Assembly (NCBI RefSeq): GCF_964355755.1
Contig: NC_092670.1
Coordinates: 6,376,201 to 6,440,200 of the forward strand
Length of the DNA stretch: 64,000 nucleotides
Reading direction: 5' to 3'
From: Antedon mediterranea
Lineage: Eukaryota; Animalia; Echinodermata
Positions 1-14,300 of this stretch are shown here, one piece after another; the first letter of the stretch is position 1; each line of letters begins with the position of its first letter. The notes beneath the pieces were generated by a model, which saw only the letters and a program-made list of their open reading frames with translations, searched no databases and was not told the DNA's origin. Made by a program: the position numbers and the translations under genes.

Positions 1-133
1 ATTCGTATTAGTTAAGTATAGTTTTATATATTTTGTCATTTTCAAGAGGGCCCCTGAATATCAGCTGGCCTGCGGGTTCAGCTGGAAGGGTTACCCTCTA
101 TAAATAAAGTTGAAATAAAAAAAAAAAAAAAAA
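1..133 (+). mobile_element. Probable 3' end of a non-LTR retrotransposon with poly(A) tail
   Basis: GC-rich stem-loop (gagggc...ccctc) followed by AATAAA and a long A-tract at about 116-133. Confidence 0.4.
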
Positions 134-254
134 CAGAGCAAGTATTGGTTATGCGGTTTAGGAGATAGAGCAACAAATTTTGGGTTAGGGTATATAGATT
201 ATTTATTTATTCATTTATTTTTTTTTTTAACAAGAAATTAAAAATGTTTCTTAC

Positions 255-3200
255 TCCTTCACGTTCCTTGAGGCGTTTCTTAGCAATATCAACGGGCGTG
301 TCTAGGTAAATCACTAGGTGTGGTTCACGAAGCCGATACAGTGATATTTGTTTGATTTCATTGTAGAAATCATAACCTGGAAAAATAAAAAATGTTAGTT
401 TAAATGTTATTCATTTGCTACTCTCCCAATTCCAGACAACTTGGTCTAGCCAAAAATATCTTAATTTTAAAGAATGTTATGCCTTTGGAATGTTAAAAGT
501 CTACATGAACTATTGATTCTCCTTATTACTGTTGCACAATTTCATTACTCAACTATGAATGCATGCCAACACTGAGGGCAGTAGAAGATATTACATATTA
601 TTACTGTATGTTAAGTTAAATTTGAATATGCAGTGTTTAAATGGTACTTACATTGTTTTCTAAAGTAACCCATCTTGTACATAGCTTCCATAAACACAAA
701 GTCACTGTATACTGACCTATCCATTACGATACCTTGACCTACAAAACAAGAAACATTCAATGGAATAAAGAACAACTATGAATGCCTTTTGGTGGCCAAA
801 AATGTTTTAAAAAATTTATCAAAACAGTTCTTATGGAATGGGCGTATAGTCATTTAAAATTTAAAGCCTTGTCTACACTATCAAACTTTATGTGTCAAAA
901 AAGTTTGATGTGCCTATATATGGTAGTGCTATGCTTAAATATGGTAGTGATATGACATCATCATGTCCATATGGGCTGCGCACATCACATTTTTTTGACA
1001 CATAAAGTTTGATAGTGTAGACAAAGCTTTAGAATATGTTGTTTTGACGGAAATTTCCGTCTTTGGCTTTTTATTGCACAATTTGTTAGAGCAGGTATAT
1101 ATGGACCGTATGTAGAAATTTCAACATCCAAATCGATCTGGACCGCAAATATTTTGATACTTTATTAACCCCTAGGTCAATTGACCCCAGCTGGCCTACA
1201 TCGCGTCCTATCCGTAAACAACAAAATGTGCTTACTGCGGACGAAGCAATTGCAGAAATATTTGCCGACTCCGACTCTGAAAATGAGTATTTATTATCCC
1301 CAGATGATGTAGGTATATTTGTACCTAAATCTGGTTTATAAAATGTAATAAATAATTGGAGATAATTTAGCTAGCCTGGCCTAGGCTAGTTTGTAGAATT
1401 GGTTGAGAATCGTGACACTGACAGACGGTGCAGCAGTCCAGGCTAAAATCCTCATTATCTCTGCTTTGTTCTCCGATTGAGCCTAAAGTGCTAAAAGTGA
1501 GCCAAGTTCTTTGTACAGTTATGTGGTATTACAGTTTTATTTCAATAAAGTGTTTGGTACCATTGGAAAGTTTATTTCTATCTCATTATTTGAGTGTATA
1601 TTGCATGTCTTTCTGATTACAAACACCTTTGCTATGAGCTTTGAAAAACAGGTAAAGTTATCTAAAATGGCTGGCGGTGAGGGGTACTTCCTTTATTGAA
1701 TGCCTGGCGGGGAAAGTGTTAATAGAGGTCATACAATCACTTATGGTCTTTAGCTACATCTCTAAACAACTGTATGTCGCTCTAATACTATAGAAAATTA
1801 AAATTTGACATTTGCATAATCAAAAGGTTACCTGTATTAAACAAATGCTCAAGTACATCAGAATACATCATAAACCGAATACCATACATCATCATTTGCA
1901 TACGAAATGAGTGTCCATCTTTTGCATATGGGTCCTTGTAAAACTGCTCCAAAGAAACATTTCCTAACAATAACAAATAAAATTCATTCAATCCAGGTTC
2001 CTATTGTCATATTGTGAATTCTCAAATACAAAAACTTCCATCTTTTTTAAAGATGTATTGTCCCCCAAAAACATGAAAAATGAAGATTAATTAAATCAGA
2101 ATTTGAATATGTTATTTTGTAGTTTTAATAAAGTTAATCACTTCCATAGAAAAAAAACGAAAAAAATTATGTTTTCACTTATAATATGACAAAATAAATG
2201 GTTAAATTCAACCGAAAACCCATTGGCTGGCAGCCAATTTGACCATTTTTCCTTTTAATTACATTTTTTGTCAGGTAAATACATTTTTTTTCGATCCAAT
2301 TTTTGGTCAAAGTGGATAACTATTATGTTACATTAAAATGGAATATTCAACAAAAATTTGTTTAAGAATTATTTTTTCAGGGAGACAATACATCTTTAAA
2401 GCTTTGTTTACACAATCAAACTTGTTTGACAAAAAAAAGTGTGATGTGGCACATGTGGCACATCACATTTTGTTGTCACATAAAGTTTGATAGTGCAGAC
2501 AGAGCTTAAAGCCATATACTCAAACAAGGTTCTGCACAGTGAAGAGTTTTTCAAACCTGCTCTGGTACGTCCACCACCAGTTCAGATTAGCATAAGATTG
2601 CGCATACAGCATTAGACCATTTTCGTTTTCACGACACAGCAACAGTATGCATATATTGAGTAAAACAACTGGCACATAGCCGTGTGGATCGTCGTGAAAA
2701 CGAAATATTTAGATGAGATTTTATTTGCTGGAGTTGGACTGCAGAAGGTGTGACAGACGCAATGAGCATAATTACCAATAAATTTTTTGTCCAGCTTCTT
2801 TCCCTCGCCTAGTAGTTGTTCATCAAGATAATGCAAATGCGCCTCCTTCATGTATTTCATTCCAAGTTTATCTGCTAATGTTTTAGCCAACTCAGACTTT
2901 CCAGACCCGATATTGCCATCAACGACAATTATCTTGCTTCCCTCATGGAACACATTGTCAAATTTAAATCCTGTGAAAAAGGTCCATGGCGTTTCACGCA
3001 GACCACGACTTGGTACCTAGATTTTTTAAATGGTAACAAATTCGCTAATTGTGAGTCTAATACTTTCTTATTTATTAACTGAGTGAGATCAGATTATCTT
3101 TATTATAAAATATAGGCCTACGCTAGCCTAAATTTACTACAATTATTTCTAGGCCTAGCCTAGCTAGTAGGCCCTATTTATTTAGTAGCCTAGAGTATTA

Positions 3201-3504
3201 TAATATGGTTATTTATTAATTCAAAATTGTAATGTAGGCCTAGCTAGGCTATATATAATAAATTAAACAATAATAATTCATCTTCATGTGTTATTCGTCT
3301 TCAAGTCTTGTTTGTACAGGGCAATATGAACGAATGGGACTTTTAGGCCTAGGCCTACATACTTACCGATTGAGACGCCGGTACCACCAACCTGGACCTG
3401 CTAGAAAACTGGGATAATTTTGCTACAAGAACGTAACTCGAGCAAGCCTGCCTACAAGGCCGAAGCGTTCTATAGCCTAGCCTACAAAAAACCGTACTGG
3501 CCAT
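255..3504 (-). CDS. NDUFA10: NADH dehydrogenase (ubiquinone) 1 alpha subcomplex subunit 10, 5' part. Coding exons 3504-3367, 3016-2776, 1963-1832, 738-652, 376-255; the gene continues beyond the left edge
   Basis: The spliced translation gives an Arg/Ser-rich mitochondrial presequence ([18 protein letters not shown]...). It continues with the dNK-fold P-loop [18 protein letters not shown], then [38 protein letters not shown] and [11 protein letters not shown], all characteristic of NDUFA10. All introns are GT-AG with matching phases (0,1,1,1). Confidence 0.95.
865..1028. mobile_element. Hairpin MITE, PIF/Harbinger-like (family A)
   Basis: Long TIRs AGCCTTGTCTACACTATCAAACTTTATGTG / CACATAAAGTTTGATAGTGTAGACAAAGCT, flanked by TAA/TTA. 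Related copies lie at 2400-2506, 17390-17535 and about 31868-32027. Confidence 0.75.
1040..1722 (+). mobile_element. piggyBac-like non-autonomous remnant in NDUFA10 intron 3
   Basis: Right end GGCGGGGAAAGTG-TTAA and a subterminal palindrome GACGGAAATTTCCGTC. A fragment at about 1231-1310 translates [19 protein letters not shown], resembling the acidic N-terminus of piggyBac transposases. The left terminus was not found. Confidence 0.55.
2051..2395. mobile_element. 345-bp MITE with TTAA target duplication, Kolobok-like
   Basis: TTAA|AGATGTATTGTCCC...GGAGACAATACATCT|TTAA, with RR..YY termini. A near-identical copy lies at 7418-7762. Confidence 0.85.
2400..2506. mobile_element. Harbinger-like MITE family A, internally deleted copy
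   Basis: TIRs homologous to 865-1028, with a perfect TAA TSD (2397-2399 / 2507-2509). Confidence 0.7.
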
Positions 3505-5219
3505 ATCTCAACAACTGTAGCCTAAACGGATAATTTATGTATATTTTTTAACAAGATTTATTTTTTAGAAATACAAAACACAAGAAAGTTTTGGGGTTTT
3601 ATTTTGGATTCTGCTCCCTCGATTCTGATCCCGTCTCGTTTTCGCTCGACAACCTCGCCCTCTATAGTTACCGTAAAACTTTCACCCACCCCCCCCCCCT
3701 CCCCCTCTCTCCATGGTGGAGCAACAAAAAAGGAACCAAAAACATCCATGGACCAAGCATGGACCATGAATCAATCAATCAATTTTCTAAATTACAAAAG
3801 TGGTGCATTCATACTGACACAAATACATAAAAATGTGATAAATATTTAGGGAAATAATAATATTATTAGTATTACCCGAAAACTCTGCTAAAATTTCTTT
3901 GACGTTTTAGTTTATTATCGTTTGAATTAGGCTAGCTTTTTGCCTAATAGGCCTAATATGTATCTCTATATATGATACAGTACATCGACCCACAGCATTG
4001 TCGTTTTTTCAGTAATTTGCCGTTTAATAACATTTATATTGATGATTATTAATAAACAAGATGGTTACTCAAATTAATGCTTTGAATGTCATTTGAAAAT
4101 CATTAACTTATTTTTTTTGGAAAACAATAAATATTAGAAATTTTTTTGAAAAACTATAGCTTACCGTGAAGTTCTGAAACGCATTTTATTGTTTATTAAT
4201 GCACTCTTCCACACCAGTGTTTTAACAAAAAACAGTTTATTAAAATAAGCTGTTTTTTCCGTCGCGCTCGACTCCATTCTCTATCATCAATCTCTTTCAT
4301 TATTTTAAAGAAATGAATACCTATATATGGAAACTTGAAGTAACAATGCAATGAGCAGAATAAATCCTTTACTAGTGTACCTTTCCAATTAAAAGTTTTG
4401 AAAGTCAAGCTTCAAGAATTGTGAAATATTTAAATGTAAGCAAACCTGATGCAATTATCAACTCTTCTTTCTTGCCGGCCTTCACATAGAATTATTATAA
4501 ATTGTTTTGACCATTCCACTGGTTTATACAATGAACAAACATAGGTTCGCACCATTTTCTTTATTTTCTTTATTATAAAAAGTCACAATTTATTCAAGCA
4601 GTGGACATCGGAGACTTAGAAAATCACACCTTTGGGATTGGTTTCTTGTTATGTCTATCAAGGTTCTTATTTTAGGACTTGATCGTTATGTTCTTGCAAA
4701 CTTAACTGATACTTTGAAGTCTGTCAAAGACTCCTAGTTTTGTATAGAGAAGTTTTAGCTGGTCATTTTGTCTATGATCACGTCCAGTGGCCGTCTGTAT
4801 GTTTTGATTTGGTGTATTAACAAACCTCAGTAACTAAACTTTTGTCAAACGAGTGCAAGTAGGCCTATTCAGGTTGCCTTGCCGTTCAACTATACAAAAC
4901 AAGCAATTTGATGAAGTAAGACGTGCATCATCTTAGTGTCAAACTTTGTTTTGTTTTCTCTCTTTACTTGAGTGTAATATTTTTCAATTTGTACTGTATT
5001 TATAGGCCCTATTAGTAATTATTATTATTTTTGTTTCTGGGCATCACCGTGATAGTGTCCGATGTGATTTCAATTAGTATTCAGTTTATTACCATCCCTA
5101 TATAAAATAACTAAATTGAGACCTATTCGTGATATTTTTTTACATTTAAAAAAAATATAATTTTTGGGGGAGATTTATGCGAATTATTGATGCCAATTAT
5201 GGATCATGTTTTTACGTTA

Positions 5220-5373
5220 CGCATGGTGGCGCGCTACGTTATCAAATCTCTGTTGTGTTTCGCGACACGCCCACCACCTCTCCAATCAATCGACCAATCG
5301 TGGTTGTCAAGAAACACTGGACCGCTTCTTCGTGTATTTTTTTCGTGAATGAGCTACACATTGAAGATGGCGG
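5220..5373 (+). promoter_or_regulatory. CerS proximal promoter within the NDUFA10/CerS divergent intergenic region
   Basis: CpG-rich patch with a GC/KLF box (CACGCCC, about 5266), two CCAAT boxes (about 5282 and 5294) and a YY1-like AAGATGGCGG overlapping the start codon. Confidence 0.55.
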
Positions 5374-8300
5374 GGAAAATATCTTGGTTTTGGAACGAAC
5401 GTTTCTGGCTTCCTCCAAACATAACTTGGGCTGATATTAGATCTACCGATGAAGTACGTTATCCTGCATTAGAGGATCTCTATATTGTGTTTCCATATGC
5501 AGTCCTATTGCTTATTATAAGACTATGTTTTGAGAGGTGAGTTCGGCCAGGCAGGCCAGGCCAGTGATGTTATTGTTATTGTATGTGAACTGTTGGTGTT
5601 CAGCACCACCCCCATACCGCCTAGGCCTACTATTAATATTATAGATAGGCCTAGATAGGCATACTCCTGCTAGGCCTGGCCAGGCTTCTATAATATGGCC
5701 TAGGCCCTAGTGGTACTGTGTAGTTATTAATTTAAAGATTTCACCTTTGTTTTTCTTTCAGGAAATAAAATTGAGATTTTTGATACAAATATTATTATTG
5801 CGATTTATAAATTCTAGGCCTAGGCCTATTCCATTTTTTTGTCTTAAAAAAAAAATAAATTTAGAAAACAAAAGATTGACTTCAGTTAATTATTTGGTCT
5901 AGCCTGGCTAGCTAGAATAGGCCTAGATGTAGGCTATCTAGGCTAGGCCTAGAGGTAGGCCTACTATCTAGGCATAGGCTACGGTAGTGTACTATCTAGC
6001 CTACAGTAAATTCACACAATACTATTTATTGTATTGATCATAAATAGACGATTTTCGTGCTAAGGAAGCCATCTTGCAGAGATGACCAGCTGAGCGTCAA
6101 AACCAAAATAACATAGCGTTTTCATTGGATTTCAGGACACCTTTTTAACAATCATAAAACAAGTTACTGTAAATAAAATGTTCTTAAAAGATTGGACTAC
6201 TGTACTGTACTTAAAATCCTTCGAAAAAAACACTACAATTATTACTTGAACTGATATAAGTCCCTCCTCATAAAATAATAACAGTGCTAGATTGCTGGTA
6301 GAAAATCCTTCAGAAAAATATACATAAATAAAGAAAATCAGCAACCAGTAGATTTTGGCAATTTTGTTTATATTATACTTTTTATAACATTTGTTTGACC
6401 ATTGCATTTAAACAATTTATTGTACTATATGTGACTGAATTATTTGAACATCATTTTCATTACAAAGAATTTAGTTAAACAAGATTTGAATCCTCATCTT
6501 TATTGCTGTACCTATGCTGTACTGACCATAGTAATGTCACTCCCATCCCAAAACTATTATGTCAGAGGTCTGATACTAAAGTAACCAAAATCGGGTTGTA
6601 CAGTAAGATGCCAAAGTTCAGTTTTACAGTTTTTTTTATTTCTACATCCATTCTCATCAGATAGTTCTTTGGTTATTTCTATAAAATGAATTGCTAACTG
6701 TGAAGTATGCAGTGATCATCAAACATTATTCATGGCGGCCAAAAGGCATCTGGTCTACAGTGTATTTTAACTGATGACTGTTGCATAAAGTTAAGCCTTA
6801 AATAATGATGCATTTTGTTTGAAAACAAATTATTATATGCTCAGATATTTAAATTAATGTTGGGGTAATACCCAAGGGTGCCTCATTGTCATTTATAACA
6901 AGAATTATATGAAAAGTAAAGGGATTTGTGTGCTGCTACCTGAGGATGGGCTTATGGGGGATTTCCCAGTTGGTGTGCTGAGGACAGGCTTATTATACCC
7001 ATGTCGGTACACTAGTTGATTTCATCAGTAAAGCAATTTAAATTATTTGTTAATCATCATCTTTAGGACAGCATTGGTGACTTTTATTGTGTGATTGTCT
7101 CCTTGTTTTATGATTTATTACATGACTGTTGTTAATTTTACCAGACAACAGCTAAATTCATAGTCCATTATTGCTTCTCTACTGTGTCCATGTGCATAAA
7201 AGCAATTTCGTGTCTCTTGTATTTTGTACTATAGCGATATTTTAATTTTATCAGTAATTACATTTATCACATGTTAGTGATGTTAATCTCGGTCCATTAT
7301 CTGTAGTATTACTACAGTAAAAAACATTAATTATAACATTTGTGTACATATTATCAATGAATCATAATTGTATTCTCTACTGCATTACAGTGTAAATTCG
7401 GTATAAACTATAATTAAAGATGTATTGTCCCCCAAAAACATGAAAAATGAAGATTAATTAAATCAGACTTTGAATACCTTATTTTGTAGTTAATATAAAG
7501 TTAATCACATACGTAGAAAAAAAAACGAAAAAAAATAATGTTTTCACTTGTAAAATGACAAAATAAATGGTTAAATTCAACCAAAAATCCATTGGCTGGC
7601 AGCCAATTTGACCATTTTTTGCTTTAAATTACATTTTTTCAGGTAAATACACTTTTTTAGACCCAATTTTTGGTCAAAGTGGATAACTATTATGTTACAT
7701 TAAAATGGAATATTCAACAAAATTTGTTTTAAGAATTATTTTTTCAGGGGGACAATACATCTTTAATATGAATAATAGAAATATAAACTTTTGATTATCA
7801 ATATTTAGCATAAAAAAGTAATAATTTCCTTGCTACTACTAGGCAATTGTCCTGTAGGCTTAATATTTAAAAAAATTTAGTTTATTATTAAAAAGGAAGC
7901 CGTCCTCCATTCTGTGAAATGTAACTTTAAAAAAGTCACTAAATTGTATTAACCAATGGTTTCCTACCAGTACCAGTTAGTGATTAGATAAAACATAGAT
8001 GTACGATAATTGTTAAATTTCACCTGTAATGATAATGGAATATTCCAAAGAAACAAACTGTGTGTAAGAAGTGCATTGTCCATAATAATATTGAATGGTA
8101 TTTGAGAGGGTATTGTTATTAAGATTCTTAATCAATCAAATTCCATTATGTACCAAACTACAGCAAACATTGCTACTTTGAATCTATTGACTCAGTGTTT
8201 CCAGTCTGGATAAATAGCTGGAATGCAATAATATTAGAAATTCAAATGAAACTAAAATATTAAATTTAAATATAAACATAATTTAAAAAAATTTTTTTTG

Positions 8301-11300
8301 TCTCAAACTACAGTACTGTAATAGTACAATACAACTATTACTATTCTCCGAAAGAAATCAAGTCCAGCAAATTAAGAGGAAATATACCAAATTATTGATA
8401 CTATAGAAACTAATTTACTATACAAAGTCAAAAAATAATACTGTTACTTCCCCTATCCAATTGACAAAATATAGCCTTTGATTTGATTGCTGTTGGTCTA
8501 TGTTTTTAATGGCTACTGTAGGTCCATAGTTTTAAGTTAAAACCTTGTGTTTTAATTATATTGACACCATCAAATTATGTCATGATCTATCATATCAATG
8601 GTATTAAAACTAACGACAGGTGTGAGATTTTTTTTTTTATGGAAATATCAACCATACATGAATTAATATTTAACAAGATCAAGCATATTAACCTATTGAC
8701 CTTTAGCCATATTATTATGGATGTTCAATTTGTCATTTCTATCAATGACACATTAAAAGTGGCATTTTGATTTTAGATTTGCTATACACTTCAAAATTTA
8801 GTGAACATTAGCGGAAGGGATTGCAATAAAAATGGTTGTGTACAGTAGTAGTTGGGTGACTACGTAGGAGGTGTGATGAATGGTCGATTGTAGTTGCCAT
8901 CTTGTTGGTTTCTCCATGAAGAATAACTTTGATAATAATATTGAAGTCCGTTTTCTAGCCAATCTCTTAGATTTAGCCTAAATTAGTGGACTATTAATGA
9001 TTACTGTATACTTCAAAATTGGATATTATACTCTTGTCAGGATGAATTGTCATCAGTATCATGTAATAAACTATCATTATCTATGTGTTCTATATTTACA
9101 CTTTTTACAGGAAGACTAACTACTGTTATTTTGATTTATTAGTCACTTTAATAAATGTCTAGGAATGTTATCATCAGTCTTTATGTGTAGTTTTCAGCAG
9201 TAAACATTTGTAGGGTTCTTATCATAAGAGGTCCTGAAGATACACTGATTTGTTGCCTCTTCCCAAAGCACATTATCATCTCATTAATATAACCTTCGCT
9301 GGTTATTATCTGTGCTTGAAGTTTTCATGACATAGTTTTGGATTCGGTATGTGAGGATGATAGTCCTTGACAATTTAGCCGAGAATCGGCAAAAAAAGAA
9401 GGGTACGACAAAACACAGATGTAGGGATGACATCACATCTTATTACAGAAACAACTTGGGCCAGGACAGCGCAGAACAGGAATGGCAGATGCTTGAGGAG
9501 GGCTACAGTACAACTGACAGGGGATTATGGAGCAGAGGTTGGTTACAGTAGTTGGTTATGATGATGGTTGTCCCAATGCTTCCAAATAATTATAACACTA
9601 CAGTACAGTTCTAATGACAGTTGTCCCAATAGTTATCATTAACATTACAGACAGAACAGTAAACTAAAACATTTGTAATGGTGTCTACACTCTCTTTTAG
9701 TGTCATCTCTCGTTTTAACATTCTGGTCAAACATCGAATACATCCCCAATGGGTGGCACAGAATTGAATTCACATAAAGTGCTACAGTATAAGATGTCAC
9801 CAAACGAAGGAGAAGGTTCATGGTTCCAGTCTCTGGTTATACTATAGTATACTGTACAGTAGTCTGAAGAAAAAAATCAAACTGATTTTCATCATTCATA
9901 AACATTTTCTAATTTATCAGAGAGTTTATTTTACTCTATTTTAGTTTAGAGTTTTTCTCTCATTCTTTCTCAATATTGTATATTTATTAATATTTTATAT
10001 TGTTAATTTTTCAATTGAATTTTTTTTAAATAACTACTTAAATCAATCTGCTAGAAAATGCAGATTTTCAATTTTTGGGAATGTTCACATGAAATCCTCT
10101 TAAATAACACCTCCCATGAAAATAACTGTCAGTCAGTATTTCCATGGAGGTGTTTCAATATACTATACCCATTGAAAGGTTTGACTTCATATAACATACA
10201 TAATCTACTACTATTCCCCAGATTGTACTTTAAAGGTTTTAAAAACAGATTTCGATTTTTCCTAAATTGTAATCATGATAGATGTGCAATGGCTACCATT
10301 TCTTTGTGACACTGTTCTCTTAGTTGACCCACTTCTTTCAGAGTTTCTTTCTGAAATCGAATATGGCTATTGTCAGTACTTATTATTTTCTGTAGTTTAT
10401 ATAATTTTTTCAGCAAGCTACATTTAGCTATTTCAGGTAATTTACACGTCCATGTATGTGTGTATCAAAAAATACAGTAACTAAACCTTCATCAATTCTG
10501 AAATTGTCTGTCGGTATACTGTATTGAGTTTCAACGACAACATTATTATAGCGTTGCCGTTAAATGTTAAAATTATGAATACTTAGTAGAATTGATCCTC
10601 AGAATGGCATTATTCAAATTAAAAATATAGCATGCATCACAATATGAAATGAAATCGAAGATCATTCAGATACTGTCGATTATACTGTGCACTACAGTAT
10701 GTTGTATTTCATATTCAAATCTTAATACTGTAGTATTACGGTACTAACATTTAAAATTGTTATTCTTCCATCTCCTTCTTCTACTGTAACTTTTTATTAG
10801 CCTCATTCTTTCATTTTGTTTTACGCCAACTTTAGTTTACTCTTCCTCCATCTGATTTTTTGTTGGATGAAAGAAAAACAATTTACGCAGCACAAGGACG
10901 TAAGTGAAGTGCAAGTATTACTTGATTATTTAATTTGACCAATTCTGTCAACGTCGTGATTAGTAAAATAACTTTTATTGCGCTTGTGTTGTTGTGGGAA
11001 CCATGCTTTAAAAGCGAGATCAAATGGGGGGAAAGAGAAAATGTACAGTAATGTACAGTGTAGCCTTTCTTTCCTACTACAGTGTACTTTGCCAACAACA
11101 TTTAGGATTTCATGTGAACAGCATATTCCAACATACTGTAAGTGCATCAGTAAGATAAATATTAAAATTCCTGAAAATGAATTAAACTTTTCAGTTCGTC
11201 AAGGGGTGCCACAGACTGCGTGTTAGTATTGACAAATTTGAAGCATGGGTAAATTCATTGATTTCGTAATATGAAATGTATTGTTATTCTGTCAAATTTA

Positions 11301-14300
11301 CCAGATACATTATCTTGAGTGAGTAATAGGGTTATCTGTCAGTATCAGAAGTACAGTGTTTGAAATACATACAGTAATCTGTGTTTGAATTCAACCAGCT
11401 AAGACCAGTTACTGTACACAAATAACAATCTTATTTATCATGTTTGTTAAAGATATAATATTATTTATAGAAGATTTAAATTGTTTTTACAATCGATTTT
11501 GTAACCTACAGTCATGAAAAAGAACATAGGGTCCAACACTTTGAATGCACAGTAAAAAGTCATAAAGACTGTTTTGTGCCAAGTATACTGCTGTAGAAAC
11601 ATTGTACAGTATTTCTCTTGTTATCCACAATACATTGCCTTATGATATAGAGAGAAAATCAGGTACTGTAATGTTGCTGTCCATTGGGATCATTCCTTTT
11701 CGTGTTGCCCTTACAATCACATGTCTGCTGTGCATTAAATACTTTTGAAGGAAATGGACTGCTCCTTGTAATATATACCACTGTTTAATCATTTTGAATT
11801 AAAAAAGAAGAAAAAAACAGTGTGTAGCTTTTGTAAGCTTTTGATGTCCTTATCAATCTTCCTGAAACTCAGTGCTGCTGCCCAACAAATATTTTCCAGG
11901 GAAAAAGCATTTGCCAAATAATATAGACGATTACATTATTAATATTTCATCAAAATTTCATTTCATTTCATTATTTATTTGGTCTATTTAAGTATACAAA
12001 ACAAAAAAAACTGAAATTGGGGAGACCAGGGTCAACCTAAGTGAACTTAATCACTGTAGCTGAGCCGGTTGACCCAACCCCAAAGTCAGTTTACACATAA
12101 AAGACGTAAAGACAAAAAACAGTTACAGCGAATCAAAATGAATATGAACTTTTCTAATGAAGGCTGATGGGCTTTCTAGGACTGCAGCATCTGTCAACGG
12201 TCTGGGAAGCTGGTCCCAGACACGGGGTAACCTATTATACCTCATAGTATAATATGACAAAATTCTTGATTTACAAAAGCATTCATGCCAAAATCAATGT
12301 TAAATTGTTTGTCTGACTTTACTACTTTACTGTATTAATGTATGTTTAGTGTAGCTGAATTAGGTTTATTGCATACAGTGTGCCACTAGTTAGTTGATTA
12401 TTACTATTATCGATGTACTGTATCCTATACCTCTCTTTCACTAATAAATCTATAGAAATAAACAATTAATGTGTAGTAGTAGTTTAGTAACATCCTAACC
12501 ATAAGTAAATCATTTTTTTTCCATACAGGTATTATGTATTTTGATTTTGATATTTAATTGGGCCATGTTTTCCACCCAAATTATCATCACTATTATTATT
12601 CTCCAACAAATTACTCTCCCTGCTCTACAAATTTTATTGATTAACCTCTATTGGTTGCCATGCCAATGTGGTCAACACTTTTAAATAGACACATGAACAA
12701 ACTGGTTACAATGATAAACAATTATTTGTTCTCTTGATACAACAAAGGAATTTGAAAGGAATATAAAGAAATGTGTATTTTTTTAATTTTAGAGAAAGAA
12801 TAAATTAGGGTACTTTAAATGAAAAAAAAATTGTTTTTAAGATAAGATACTGTACTGTAGAACCTTCTTTAGGAATCTTGAGTGTGCACTTCATTTTGAT
12901 GTATGTGGGCTTATTTTGTCCGAGATTTAGCAAACCAAGAAAGGAGCTTCTCTTCAATATGGGCTTCTTTTTGAAATTTAAAGTTTTACAGTAAAGATTT
13001 AGATACAAATTTAATTGAAATTCATCATCAAAAATTAAAGAGGCAAACTTGAATCTTGTTTCATTCAACAATCCTAAATAAACACAAATAAAACATGTGT
13101 CTGGTTAAACTAAAGACAAGTTGATTGTAGTACAGCAAAAACAACAAATTTTCAATGACTCTATTTTGGATGTTTGCCCTATTCTGATGTAATCTATTAC
13201 TTCATACTACTGTAAGTACTGTAAATTGAGAACAAATTTGCAAATTCTTGGGCCCCACCTGAGAATTGGTATTCAAATTACACTAAACATGTGACCAATT
13301 ACTCAACTCCCTGAGGTATAGTTCAGGTACTCCATAGTAGGTAAATACAATTATGACTATTATACTTTAATATTAGAATAGAGAACAATTTTGTATACTG
13401 CATGCAACCTAGTTATTAACAATTTAACATTGTTGAAATTAAATGAAAACATTTGTTGTGTCTTTTTGCAGGTTGATTGGTATGCCATTTGGCAGACTCC
13501 TTGGCATCAAACAGAGTGCCAATCGAAAACCTGAGCCAAACACCATTTTGGAAAAGGCGTATAATTCTGTCACCCATAATCCAGATGAAGCTAGACTAAC
13601 TGGTCTTGCTAAACAACTAGATTGGTCCGAAAGACAAGTAGAAAGATGGTTCAGAGTTAGAAGGAATTATGGGCGGCCAAGTACATTAACAAAGTTTTCA
13701 GAGACAAGGTTAGTACAGTAGAATGTCTGTCAGACTTAATATGAAATACAATTTTCTTGCTTTTTACTCACTTTGATTGATATTGGGATTGATAACCAAC
13801 CATGCCAACTTTCAAGGAAGTATAGTACCTGAGCGTTTATGACATAATTGCCAGCCATAATACCGGCAAGAGTTTCACAACTCGCTTACTTTGTTGTCCT
13901 TGTTAGAACAACAAGTATTCTTGGATAAGGACTACAAACTGTAGGTCCAGTGCACACAAAATAGTCGTGTTCTTTAAAGAACCTAGTACGTCTTTCGAGA
14001 CGAGTGGGTGGCAGCACTGACATGAATTGCCCATTGGGAGATATCTGTAGTGTAAGCATGAGTGTCCATGAGCAATGATCCTTGGAATGGCGCTATATAG
14101 GCATTAATACATTGTTAAAGCAACATCACCCAATACAATGTACAGTATTCTATAATTGCTAATTGTTTTATGAATCTTGCAGTTGGAGGTTTTTATTCTA
14201 CACTGTAGCATCCATTTATGGTTTGATGCATGTTCCATCTGAACCATGGTTCTGGGACACCAAGAAATGCTGGGAAGGATTCCCATATCACGTACGTATT

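Noticed and set aside
2612-2953. Stand-alone deoxynucleoside kinase ORF
   Set aside because: It is exon 2 of NDUFA10 (dNK fold) reading through into the intron.
3683-3712. C-rich tract as a functional G-quadruplex upstream of NDUFA10
   Set aside because: A simple homopolymer-like run with no supporting evidence.
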